Origin: Amoebidium appalachense
Taxonomy: Eukaryota > Protista > Ichthyosporea
Assembly (NCBI GenBank): GCA_963693365.1
Contig: CAVNZM010000013.1
Location: 2,818,722 to 2,882,721, forward strand
Direction of reading: 5' to 3'
Length of the DNA stretch: 64,000 bases
Made by a program: the position numbers and the translations under genes
In this document: positions 48,014-60,000 of the stretch, one piece after another
How the letters are laid out: every line of letters starts with the position of its first letter
Position numbering within the stretch: position 1 is the first letter of the stretch
Notes under the pieces: model-generated
What the model was told of the DNA's origin: nothing
What the model saw: the letters and a program-made list of their open reading frames with translations, nothing else
Databases searched by the model: none

Positions 48014-49747
48014 AGATCACCCCTTCCGGAGCAACGCTGGCCGATTGGCCCCCCACTTTGCTCCGGCCGAGCTGCTTCGTGCCACCACTACCCTGCAGGA
48101 ATGCCAGGCCCTGAGTCTCAACCTCGACTCTCGGGCCTTTTACTCCAGGGTACAAAAAGTGTTCATCGATTTTTGTGTGGCATCTCGGCTGCAATCCTCC
48201 GCCGGGTCCTCCCTCCCGGCCTCCCCCCACACCGTGCAGCTTTTTCTCGCCTGGTGTGCCCAACGAGGGGTACAGGCCTCTTCCTTGGCCGGCTACAATT
48301 CAGCCATCACCAGACTCCACCTCGACATGGGCCTCCCTGCTCCCTACCCCCACGACAAGTCTCTGGCCTGGTTCTTCCGAGGGGTGGGCAGATAACAGCT
48401 TTCTCACAACATCCGACCCCGATCATCCACCAGGGAGCCCCTCCTGCCCTCCCACCTTAGCCAACTCCATGGCCAGTGCCCCACCAAGGCCTCCTCGGCT
48501 AATCTACGGCTATGGACGGCCCTCATCGTCGGTTTCTGTGGTCTCCTCCGTTCGGGGGAATTTACCTCCAAAACCCTGACTTCCTTTGACCCGTCCCGTC
48601 ACGTTAAACGGAAAGACGTGACCTTCACCTACACCCCCACCGGTACTTTGTCCCATGCCACCCTCCACCTGCCAACCTCTAAGACGGATGTACAGGCCCG
48701 AGGTGTCAACGTCACTCTGGCTGCCCTGCCCCTCACCCACTTCTCCCCAGCCCATCTCCTCCGGCAGTTCCTGGATACAACGTCCGGTCAACCCAACGAC
48801 CCCCTCTTCAGTCTCGGTGGCATCCCCTACACCAAGAGTGCTTTCTCTGCCGACTTCCGTGCCCTCCTCTCCCGGGCAGGCCTCTCACCCTCCCGGTTTG
48901 CCGGACACAGCCTCCGCATCGGGGGGGCCACAGCACTGGCTGAGGCCGGGGTCGACGACTCCCGGATCAAACAACTCGGCAGGTGGTCCTCCGACTGTTT
49001 CCTGATCTATACCCGACTTCGTCCGGCCTCCATTGCTGCCACTACCACACGTGTATTCGCCTCTATTCTTAAGTGAAACCTTTGGAGCAAGCATACTGCT
49101 CTCGTGCCGTGGTTTACAACCATTGCAGGTTCACTTTCGTCCAAGTGGATGTCCCCCTAGAGGCAACACACGTCCCGGAGTAGTTTTCATAGAGGTTTTA
49201 TTTGTGGAAATTATTGACATAAATATTTTTCTGGGTAAACACGTAGGATGGGTGTCCGATATCAACAGGCTTCGTTTCATGTTTTAGCAGTTCGCGTTCG
49301 GCTGCCCGCATACGGGCACCTATTAGCCGATCAAAACATCAGATTTCACAGATCACTAGACCGAGTTTGATTGGCTCAGGATAAGATTTCACATAACACT
49401 AGATCGGTTTTGATTGGCTCAGTTCGGCAGCCTTAGGTATATAAGCACGACAGTTTTTAGCAGATCAGCAAGCAACAACACATCCTCTGTGTTTAGCACC
49501 TACAGCTTTACAGCTATATTTTCTTTTTCACCCACCCACCTACACCCTACACTCAACCCCCATTGATCCCCACATACGTGCTGTTTTTTCACGGGGCGAA
49601 GACTTCCCCCGTTTTTTGGGCACAAGGACCTCACGGATCAATAAATTGATGACTGGGGGCTTGCCGTGGTTTACAACCATTGCAGGTTCACTTTCGTCCA
49701 AGGGGATGTCCCCCTAGAGGCAACACACGTCCCGGAGTAGTTTTCAT
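46524..49747 (+). mobile_element. RT/RH-deleted Ngaro derivative (N-D) inserted at the end of Copia-2 pol
   Basis: A1 fused to mid-gag at ~46850; same pol deletion as N1 at ~47874; YR with TAA at 48393; B1-A2-B2 intact. Confidence 0.94.
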
Positions 49748-52700
49748 TGACGGAGACTGAGGTTGGCACGGTGTGTGTCGTGGGCCGGACCAGCCAGAGG
49801 CTTGGTGAAGATGTCGGCCAGGTTCTTCTTGATGTCGATGTAGGTGACAGTGACGTCCCCACTGGTGATGTAGTCCTTGGTGTTGAAGTAACAAACGGCA
49901 ATGTGCTTGGTCCGGTGCTTGATGGTGTTGGAGTGGACCAGAGCAATGGTGGACTGATTGTCACAGTACACGGGGGTGGGCTCGGTCATGGGGTAGCCCA
50001 GCTCCTTTAGTAGATCACGGTGCCAGACAACATCTTGCACGGCAGCATTGAGGGCCAGGAGCTCGGCCTCACAGGTGGAAGTTGCAGTGATCGTCTGCAG
50101 CTTGGAGTGGTAGGTGACGGGGGTGCCTTCGAGGAGGATGACGTACCCAGACGTGGAGCGACGGGTGGTGGGGCAACCAGCAAAGTCAGAATCCGAGTAG
50201 CACTCAAGGATGGGCACCTTGCTGTTGGGGGCCTTCTTCTTGTAGTAGAGGCCGAGGTTGATGGTGCCGAGCAGGTAACGAACGACACGGAGGAGAAGCT
50301 CCCAGGCAGTGTTGGTGGGCTTGGAGCTGAATCGGCCGAGGTAGCCTATGGCATACGAGATGTCAGGCCGGGAGCACCGAGCAACCCACAGCAGACGGCC
50401 GAGGAGTTCACGGTAGGGGATGGTGGTGGGCAGGGAGGAGAGGGAGGTCTCGTTGATGATGGTGCCCACGGGAATAGGGGTGGCCTTAGGCTTGGCATCG
50501 ACCAGGTTGAAGTCGGTGATGATGTCCTTGATGTAGGAGGACTGCAGCAGCTTGAGGGAGTCACGGGTGTACAGCAGTTGGGTGTCGAGGAAGATGTCTG
50601 GCAGACCGACCTTGCACTCGGCAGACTTCGTGATGTGACGAACAAGCTCCTGCATGATGGTGGAGTGCCGTGTGCAGGTGATGATGGCATCATCAACGTA
50701 GTTGCCCGAACGGATGATGTGCCCGTTGGGGAACCGACGGAAGTAGACACACGGATCGGAACGGAGACGGGTGAGGCCGTGGGCAATGAGAATGGAGTTG
50801 AAGAACTCGTACCATGCCAGGGATGCCTGCTTGAGTCCGTAGATGGCCTTCTTGAGTTTCCAGACTTTGTGTTCATTGCCAGGGAGGATAAAACCAGGAG
50901 GTTGCTCCATGTACAAAGTCTCGTCGAGGGGGCTGTTGAGGAAGGCCGTGCTGATGTCGAGTTGATGGATCTCGTGGTCCTGTTGCACACCGAGGGCAAG
51001 CAGGGCACGGACGGAGGAGGACATGACGACGGGGGAAGAGTTGTCACCGTAGTCAACACCGTAGACTTGGGTGAAACCCTTTGCCACACCACGACCCTTG
51101 ATCTTGGTGTCACCAGCAGAGTTGAGGACCTTCTCCGTGACAATCCACTTGAATCGGATGATGTTGGCATCGGAGGGGGGCTCAACTACGTCGAAGATGT
51201 CCTTGTCGATGAAAGCCTTGTACTCGGCAGTGAGGGCAGTCACCACTTTATCACCCTTGGTGCCGGAGCACAGCTTCTGAATTGACCGGGGCAGCTGAGA
51301 CACATCAAGGCTGGGTCGGGAGATGCTCACCATAGCCATGGCAGGCCGGGAGGAGAGACGGGAGGAACGACGGGGGACGGTACGGAGGGGCTCAGGGGCC
51401 GGGGGGGTTGCTGGGAGAGACACTCGGCGGTCGGGGGATGGGGGCCTGGAAGCCAGGGATGGGTGCCGTGTTGAGGGGAGAGTCGGATAACACGGGACTG
51501 GACGGGGCCGAGTGGAACTCCGGAGACCCAGGACGAACCGGGGACCCGGTGAGATGACCAGGTACGTGGTCATTGACGGCAGGGGCCGGCAGCAGGGGTT
51601 GCTGGCCGGTGGGGGGGGGGGGGGTGGGTGGAGCCACGGGGACAGGTACACGACGGGGGGAACGACGGATAATCACCGATGGAATTTCATCGTCATCGGA
51701 ATTGGAATTTCCGGAATGCAGGGATGGATCGATTGAGGTCGTCTGATTGGTGGCCTGCACAGAAATCTGATTGTATGCCGTGGTGAATTGTGATTCGTCG
51801 AAGACGACATCGCGGTAGAGGTTGACCGTGTTGCCACGTAGATTCATGATCTTGTGGGCTTTGTTGGTGATATCCCAGCCCACGTAGGTGCCGAGTTTGA
51901 CGGTAGAGGCCAACTTGTCTCGTTTGGATGCAGGGACGTGTACATAGGCTGGGCAGCCGAACACGTGCAGGTGGGAGATGTCAGGCTTGACACCGTAGAA
52001 AATTTCAAACGGTGTACGGCCATTGGCAGCTCTGGCCGGGGTCACGTTGATGATGTAGGCAGCATGCTTGAGGGCAGCTCCCCACAGCTTGGGGGAAAGG
52101 GAGTCGGCCTTGTCCTGGTGAAGGAAGCACCGAACGATCTCCTGCAGATCCCTCATCTTACGTTCAACGAAGCCGTTGAGTTGGGGGCAGTCAACCGGGG
52201 CAACTTGAAGTTCCTGAATGATGCCCTTGGACTGGCAGTACTGCTCCATAGCATGGGAGGTGAACTCGGACCCAGAGTCTGAACGGAAGTGGGTCACCAC
52301 CTTGTCGGGTTGCTTGTCAGTAGTCTCAATCAGGGCCTTGACGTATTCGAGAGTTTCGGATCGATCACGGAGGAGGTACACGATGGTGTAGCAGGAGGCA
52401 TCACAGGTACACACGAGGGCCACCTTGTAGCCACCATAGGAGGCACAGGGAGGCTCGAAGAAGTCCATGTGCCACTTGGCACCGGGGAAGGGGCACTGGG
52501 TTCTGGTGCCGGAGAATGGGGCCTTGGTGGTCTTGCCGGAGACACAACCGAAGCAGTCAGTGGTGTCAGCCACTGAGAGGGATGAGGGGAGGCCTGTCAC
52601 GAGGTCACCTCTCACCATCTTGGTGAGGGTGGACAGGGCACGATGGCCGAGACGGTGGTGCCAGAGCTGAGGATCATTGTTGACCTTGACGTTGGCTACC

Positions 52701-54195
52701 AGAGCAGTGACGGTCCGAGGGATGGAGGGACGTATCTCATAGTCGGTGATGAAGTACAGTCCATCTGTGCCTGTGAGGGAACACACGATGTTGCCACCAC
52801 GAGTGTAGAGGTAGGATGGGAATTCATCCTCATCATCGAGGTGGGCAAGGAGACCCGACTTGGAGGCCATTGAGGGTGAAATCAGGAAGGCTGGGGAGTC
52901 GGGTACGTAGAGGGTGTTGAGGCTCAGTACTGATGTTACTCCGTTGTAGGTGACGGCCAGGTTGATGACACCACGGTGATGTGCAGTGACGATGCCGAGG
53001 CCGTGGACGTCAGTCGGGGGGCATGGCTCAAGAGTAGAGAAGTACTCCTTTACTGGGCACACGTGGACATTTGAAGCCGAGTCCCAGCAGGGGTCCATGG
53101 GTAGGGAGGCCGTGGTGGACACGAGGGCAAAATGCACCTCTTTTCCAGACTTGGTGCTGGCACGGTGACGACGGGCAATTGAGCAGCCAGGTTTGTCACA
53201 CTGTGTGACATGATGGTCTTCGTGACAGTAGGCACAGTCGAGGGAGCCAGTGGTCTGGGCTCGGGTTGGGTGGGAATGACGATTACCCCCCTTTACGTGG
53301 GGGGTAGGGTGACCGGGAACGATAGCCGGGGGAACGGGACCGGGAGTAATCACGGTCAACTGAGGGGGATCGATCGGTGGGACGACCACGGGGGTGACGG
53401 GAGACGGAGCTGTCACGTCGGGGGATCCGGTGTCTGAGGTCGTCCTTGGTGAGGACACGGCTTTGCAGGGCACGTGCTGTTCGGACGGTGGAGGAGGACC
53501 CGGACCCAGAGTCGATGAGACCTTCACGGATCTCTGCAGCTCGGATCATGTCACTGATTAGACGGTTGTAGGTTTTGTAGTTGATGGTACGACGGAAGTA
53601 GTCGGCAATCATGGCCTGGATGTCGGTACAAACTAACTTACGGTTCTTCTTGAGGTGTATGAAGAAGTTATCAACCATGGTCTTGTGAGGAATGGGCTCT
53701 TCGAGGATGTGCAGGGTAAGTGCACAGACGGCGTGCCATGGTGAGGTAGGCCGTGACGGTCTTGAAGTCCTTGATTTCAAGCTCATGGTAGTCGAGGAGG
53801 ATTTGACGAGCACGATCTTCACGTTCAGCCGCATAGGTCATACGGAGGTTGTGGAAAGCTTGGGCAGGTGACACATCATCGTGGATTTGACCAGAGTTAT
53901 ACAGCTCGTCATTGGAGACGAGTTGAGTAAACATCTGTTCAAGGAAGTTGGAAGCCTCGGTGTAGGCCTCCTCAGTGTCATAGCCGTGCCACTCATTCTC
54001 GTCGGAAGGGTCGACCCACTCGGGGGCCTTGATGACGGGCACTAACTTGGCCGCGGTGGTAGTACGTAGGTACCGGAAGATGACGGGTTCCCACTCATAA
54101 TAGGTGAGACGTTTGCCGGACTTCTTGTACGTGGTGTCATCCCCTTTCCAGGGGGTGCGGTTGAGATACGCAGGTTTCTCCGACATGGTGATCAA
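49744..54195 (-). pseudogene. gag-pol: Copia-2 gag-pol, frameshifted into four ORFs
   Basis: CAYCHEDHHVTQC, WDSA, WHHRLGH, RSDSGSEF, LDISTAFL, YVDD, YSDSDFA. Confidence 0.94.
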
Positions 54196-54292
54196 TCAGT
54201 CAGATGATGCGCGAGAGAGGAATCAGATCGGTATTCAAATTTGAATATTTTCGATTGCAGCGAGAGTATGTGTTGCGAGAGCGTGCGAAAAT

Positions 54293-54304
54293 GGGCCTTT
54301 AACC
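54293..54304 (-). promoter_or_regulatory. Copia-2 primer binding site GGTTAAAGGCCC
   Basis: Abuts the 5' LTR. Confidence 0.8.
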
Positions 54305-55058
54305 TGTTGTTTTGTACGGGTCCAAGGGAGCAGAGTGCACAGAGGTGTCATGTAAAACACGACTAACACATTAATGAGAGGGCAATCGGAGTTGTTCACG
54401 AGACATTGAAAGATTCAAACAACAACTGATTCTTTATTGTGCTCTCGGTTCCTTTTGTACTTGCGACTTATCACCTTATCACAACTAAAGAGGGAGAACC
54501 AATCGGTTCTATCAGAAGATAGAAAAACACATTCCGACAGAGCATACGCATTCCAACTTCCGATTAAACTAAAGTTTAGAAACTCTTACTTAAATAAATT
54601 AAGTAATTATACATCTAGTCACTATTAACTCACATATATATTTGTGTTCGTCTCTATAAAGAAGCTTATTTAAATACATATATTTCCTAATAGTCGACAC
54701 TCTCAAAGTGAAGACACTTTGCAATAAACCGAATTCCATATATATCTATTGTCCAATCACAACACACATATATTAATAGACAGGAATGCACAACACATTC
54801 TACAGATGTACTCGCTCGCGACTATTGGCGAGCCATCCTTTTGAGAACAAAACTAAGCCATTTTGAAATAAAGGAAAGACAACGAGTGTAGCTAGCCAAT
54901 CACGCTACCTCTCAGATAAACAGAGGAGAGCAAACAGAAATAAAATACAATAAGTTCTTATCAGGCAAGAGAGCCAGGTGTGCACAGATCTACAGATATC
55001 TGTGCCCACAGAAACAAGGGAGAGAGATACGGGGGGGGGGGGGGGGGGGGGGGGGGGG

Positions 55059-55093
<35 letters not shown>

Positions 55094-55203
55094 GAGAAAA
55101 AGAGAAAGAGCACAAAGAAGGAAAGCAGACACGAATACAAACAAGCTAAGACACATACATACTTCAAGGCTCTTGCTGTCATACATGGTGACGTATTCCA
55201 ACA
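54305..55203 (-). repeat. Copia-2 5' LTR
   Basis: TG...CA; pairs with 44927-45801. Confidence 0.95.
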
Positions 55204-55632
55204 ATCTCGCCTAATTTATAGGTACCTTAAATATTATTATAACTAAAACTTCTGTATTTGGCAGTTGAATGCCCCAGTTTTACTTACATTAGACGGATCA
55301 TGACTGTAATGATAACAGTGCTTCGGATTCTGTTTTGCACCCCTCCAGTAAATCTTTGTTTCCATTGGCTATCAACGCCTCGCGCGCACCTGCGCGACGC
55401 CTTCATGTTTCATGTTTCAATAAAAGCGTACCTTGTGACGCCTTCATTGTGAATACAGTGTGAAATTCGATCCTAAAAAACAACCAATCAAAAACGTTGG
55501 AGTGATCTAGCCCACAATCAAATGCGCAATCCCTTTTCCCGCCGTATATATTGAGCTAACTCGCGCATCATGGATCGTGGTCCTGGGTAATCGGCATTGA
55601 CCGGGTGGTGAAGAGGCCGTGGCTGAGGATAG

Positions 55633-56117
55633 TGTAAACAGTTGGACTAGTTGGATAAGGCAGAGTACAACTGAATCAAAAAAAAGACAGAGAACGGGTA
55701 GAAAGGCACACGCGGCCAGCCTGAGGTTGCTTTTACTATGGGCCGACTCAGTCTGTCTCAGACTTCACTGATGTGATCCCCGTACTGGGACGGCTTTCTT
55801 ATATAGCCCCCAGGTTTCGGATCAAGGCCCAGGATTGGTTCATCCGCGGCCAGCGCGGGTGGCAACATGCCATTCGTGATTCTGGTGCGGTCCGAGCCAG
55901 TCAGGCCTTTGTCCTATTTATGCAAACCTCTTATTGGTTCACTTCGTTTATGTGGTATGCAGCGGAAGAACCATATGTGGTTCATTTCTTAGGTAAGATT
56001 GATTCCTATTGGTGCGGACATAATATTTATGTGATATTCGTGACAAAGTACGAATCGTGTGCTAGTACATCACATTCTTTAGTAAACATGTACAGTTCAT
56101 GTGTACAGTTGTTTACA
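55633..56117. mobile_element. 485-bp solo LTR-like insertion of a third family
   Basis: TGTAAACA...TGTTTACA ends, TSD GATAG, absent from the homologous site in arm Y (~26630). Confidence 0.85.
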
Positions 56118-57091
56118 GATAGCGATACGTGCTTTGCTTTTCTACTTAAAGATCATCTAAATCGATCCCATTAAACCCTTAAAGAGGTCCTAAAGTAATC
56201 CTAACACAACACCTAATTGCAACTCTGAACATCTTTAAGCTACCCCAAATAGGGCGCGAAGATCGCAGAAAGGTATCACCAATACTTGCCTATGATTGCG
56301 TTAGCATATCACATGCACAGACATGGCCTGTCTTGAAGATATAATTTGGATGGCCAATAGCGCTACAAAAGATTTCTCCAAAGATCTCCTTAGATGATCC
56401 ACTGCCTAGCTGTGATATATCCTGACGACATCCTAACGCAATCAGTTTGTTTCGCAAATGTTGCATGGCCATACGGGATTAAGAGAGGATAAAGATTGTA
56501 CTAAGATCTCCGCAGTATATCTTTAACATATCTCTACGCCCATCCCACGAGCGCCTTATGTCAACTTACGTGCGTGTATAATGCATCTTACACACATCTA
56601 TAAAATATGTATCGGTATCTCTCATAGACATCCTGTAGAATGAGTGCAGACGTCTTTAGGACATCTGTTAACTACCCCAATTCCGGGATGATAAAAATAT
56701 GTCCTCAATCTGTCCAAGATATCATTAAGAAGTAAAAGACATGAAACCCCGAAAGACGTCTTTCATATATCCCGTATGCATCCGCAACCCATCGGACAAT
56801 TTAATGGGGGGTTAAGGACATCCGGACTTGTGCTGATGGGTATAAGTGCACTTCCAGGTGCCTGTATGACATCTTGTCAGACGACTTTACTACGTCTTGC
56901 AGATGTCCACTGTCTTGAATCCGTGACAGACGTATTTAATATATATGGGATGTGTTTCAGACGCCTTGCCATCCTGAAATTCCGGGTTATCCTAAACCCG
57001 TCCTAACCTATCTTTTGGATATCTTAACGACGATAGGACGTCCTAAAGTCGTACTGGACAGGTTTCGGATGGGGGGTGATCTTTGCTGATG

Positions 57092-60000
57092 GACGGTGTT
57101 GGATATCGAAATCATATTCCTGTAGGATTAGGGCCCACCGCTCTAGTCGACCGTTTGGTTTGTTTTTGGTGAGGATGGCTTTGAGGGCTGAATGATCGGT
57201 GACTAGGGTGAACCGGCGACCCCAGAGGTAGGGGCGGTGGTGTTGTACAGCCCATACCATGGCTAGCCCTTCTAGATCGGTGATGCAATAGCGTTTTTGT
57301 TCATTGTGAAGAGCGCGACTGGCGTACGAGATGATGACTTCCTGCCCATCTTGTATTTGTTTGAGTACAGCCCCTTGCGTCCGTTTCAAGGATAAAAGGC
57401 TGAGAGAAGTCGGGGTGGGCGAGGATAGGCTGTGAAACTAGTCGATCGCGGAGATATTCGAATGCTGTCTGGCGAGTGGGGGTCCAATCGTAATGTGAGC
57501 CAACGAGGGTGAGGTCGCGCAAAGGCTTAGCAATAACCGTGAAATTTCGAATGAATTTGCGATAATATCCCACGATGCCTAAAAATGATTGGACCTCTTT
57601 GACTGTGTGTGTGGGCCGGCCAGTTCTTGATGGCCTCTACTTTTGAGGTGTCGGGTTGAATATCTGCTCCGGAGACTTTGTGGCCTAAAAGCTTAATCTC
57701 CAGCTGGGCAAAATGAGATTTTTCGAGATTGAGGACACAGCCGTGTTGATTGAAGCGCGCAAACACTTTATCTAAGTGGATGAGGTGGTCATCCCAAGTC
57801 CGCGAAAAGATGAGGCAATCATCTAGGTAGCAAAGCACAAAATCCCAAGTGAAGCCCTGCATTACGAGAGACATAGCGCGTTGGAAGGTAGCGGGACCGT
57901 TTGTGGCACCCATGGGCATGCAGAGCCATTCGTATAACCCAGACCAAGTGTTGAATGCTGTTTTTGGAATATCTTCTTCGGCCATAGGGATTTGGAAAAC
58001 CCGGAAGAGAGGTCGACCGCGGAGAAATATTTCGCCTTGTAGAGAGCATTAAAACAGTCGTCAATGTGGGGTAGAGGGTAGACGTCACGCTCAGTGATTG
58101 GGTTGAGTTTTCTGTAGTCACATGTTATGCGCACGCTACCGTTGGGTTTTTTGACTAACACCACACGCGAGGCCCACGGGCCTGTTCTGGGTCTAATTGC
58201 GCGAATGTTTAACAGCTTTTTTACCTCGGTTTCTGTAAGATCGCGTTCAGGGGGGCCTTGCCTGCCAGGATAGTGAAAGATTGGCTGGGCATTACCGGTG
58301 TTAATGCGGTGTACTATACCTAGGTTATGCATGCTGCCGGCAATTAGCTCTGTGCGTGGACGGTGTTTAAGGAGGAGGTCGATTAGGGACTGTTTTTGTA
58401 TTGGGGTGAGGTGGGCATACTGCGAGGTAGACTTGATATCTGCTATTTTCTTGCTAAGGATATCTTCTGGGAGTGGACATGGAGGGGGGAGGGAGACGAA
58501 GGGGGTGGGAGGGGTTGTTGGTCTGATGATGGGGGTTGGGGGTTCGAGTTGGTTAGTGGGTTAGGCATGTTCGATTCCCAGTTAGTAGATGTCAGAGGCG
58601 TTATGGATGTGGATGTCGGGGGAAATTTAGATGTTGGGGATGTGGATGTTGATATTGGCTGTGTGGATATCGATGTATGTGTAGTAGGTAGTGTGGCCAC
58701 CATGGGAGGGGTTGGGGGGAGGGGGAAGGTGTGCTGAGGGGAGTGGGGCCGGGGGGGGGGGCTGCTGTGGGGGGGGGGAAGGGCCGGGGAGGTGGGTGGG
58801 GAGAGGTGGGGGGAACGTGGAACAAGGGTGTGTGGTGGTGTGCAGACGTCTAGTATGGGGTGTGTGGGAGGAAGGGTAGGGGTGGGGGTTTTCGTATGAG
58901 GTTGGGGGCATGGTGTAGGTGGTAAAGTATTTTTGTTGGAAGAGGGTGGGAGGTTGGGGGGCGCGTGCAACGGTGGGTGTAGGGGGTTTACGTGAGAGGG
59001 AGGACTCGGATGGAAAGGAAGGGGTACGGGTGGGGGGTTGGGGCCACTAGTGGGTGGGGCTGTGGGCGAGGGCGGTGGGGGTGATGAAGCTTGAGTGGGA
59101 GGGGGCGGTGGATGTGATGAGGCTTGGGGTGTGGGGGGGAGGAAGTCTGAAACATCCAAGGGGGTTACTTCCAAGGTGTTGGGGGGGTGGATGTCAACGA
59201 ATGGGATACAAGCAACAACTGTGCGACGCGAGAGACTCGGAGAGATGGGCTGTGGGGTGGGGTTGGAGATGGGGAGAATTTGGTGTTGGTGGGGGTGGAG
59301 GGAAAGCAAGATGCGGGGGAGCACAATATGGTTGTATGGGGAGACGGGAGTCGCCTGTGCAACAGCATCATGCTGGCGGTGATCGGGGTGGAGGGGGTGG
59401 GGTGAGGCATGGGACATGTACGGTAGACCGAGGAGGTAATGTTATTGCACAACGCGTATACACCAGGTACATATCAGCCAAAGTGCGTAATTTATTCTGA
59501 TTTGTGTTTGCAGAAGCAGACGAGGGGGTCGAAGCAGGCGAAGACGCAGTACACGGGGCGGGAGAAGATGACGACACAGGACAAGGTGCAGAGGCGAGTG
59601 GCGCAGACACAGAGGGTGGGCTAGCAGGCACGTGCATGGCTTTCTGTGTGGGGGCGGGGGGGGGAGGGGCCAGAGGGGGTGGGTTGGTAAATGGATCGTT
59701 CTGGTGTTGAATGTGGATGTTGGGCATGCGATTTTGGATATTGATGTTGGACATGGACATGCGATTTTGGATATCGATGTTGGACTTGCGATTTTGAATA
59801 TTGATGTTGGTGGTAGGCATGTTAAGGCTTTGGGGATCTTGGTTATTGGTCGGGCGGGGTGTGGGTGACCTAGCATCGGGGGTGGTGACAGGGGGTGCGG
59901 GAGGAGGGGTTGTGGGGGGGGGAGGGGCGTGCGTGTGTTGGAGCCCAGCATGGATGGCAGCGGGGGAGACGGGGGGTATGGAGAGCTTGGTGAAATTGCA

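Larger units (their letters stand above)
44927..55203 (-). mobile_element. Ty1/Copia LTR retrotransposon, family 2
   Basis: TSD ATCTC (44922-44926, 55204-55208); empty site visible in arm Y near 27055; PBS and PPT present. Confidence 0.97.
42513..57091 (-). mobile_element. Copy Z: left arm of the CATCAGCAA element, inverted, holding Copia-2 and a solo LTR
   Basis: Inverted homologue of 25173-29060; terminus interrupts Gypsy RNase H (IQHRP|). Confidence 0.85.

Noticed and set aside
50020-51285. 421-aa antisense ORF and other long overlapping ORFs in TE genes
   Set aside because: Expected shadows of C-rich codon usage; no motifs and not open in the Copia-1 homologue.
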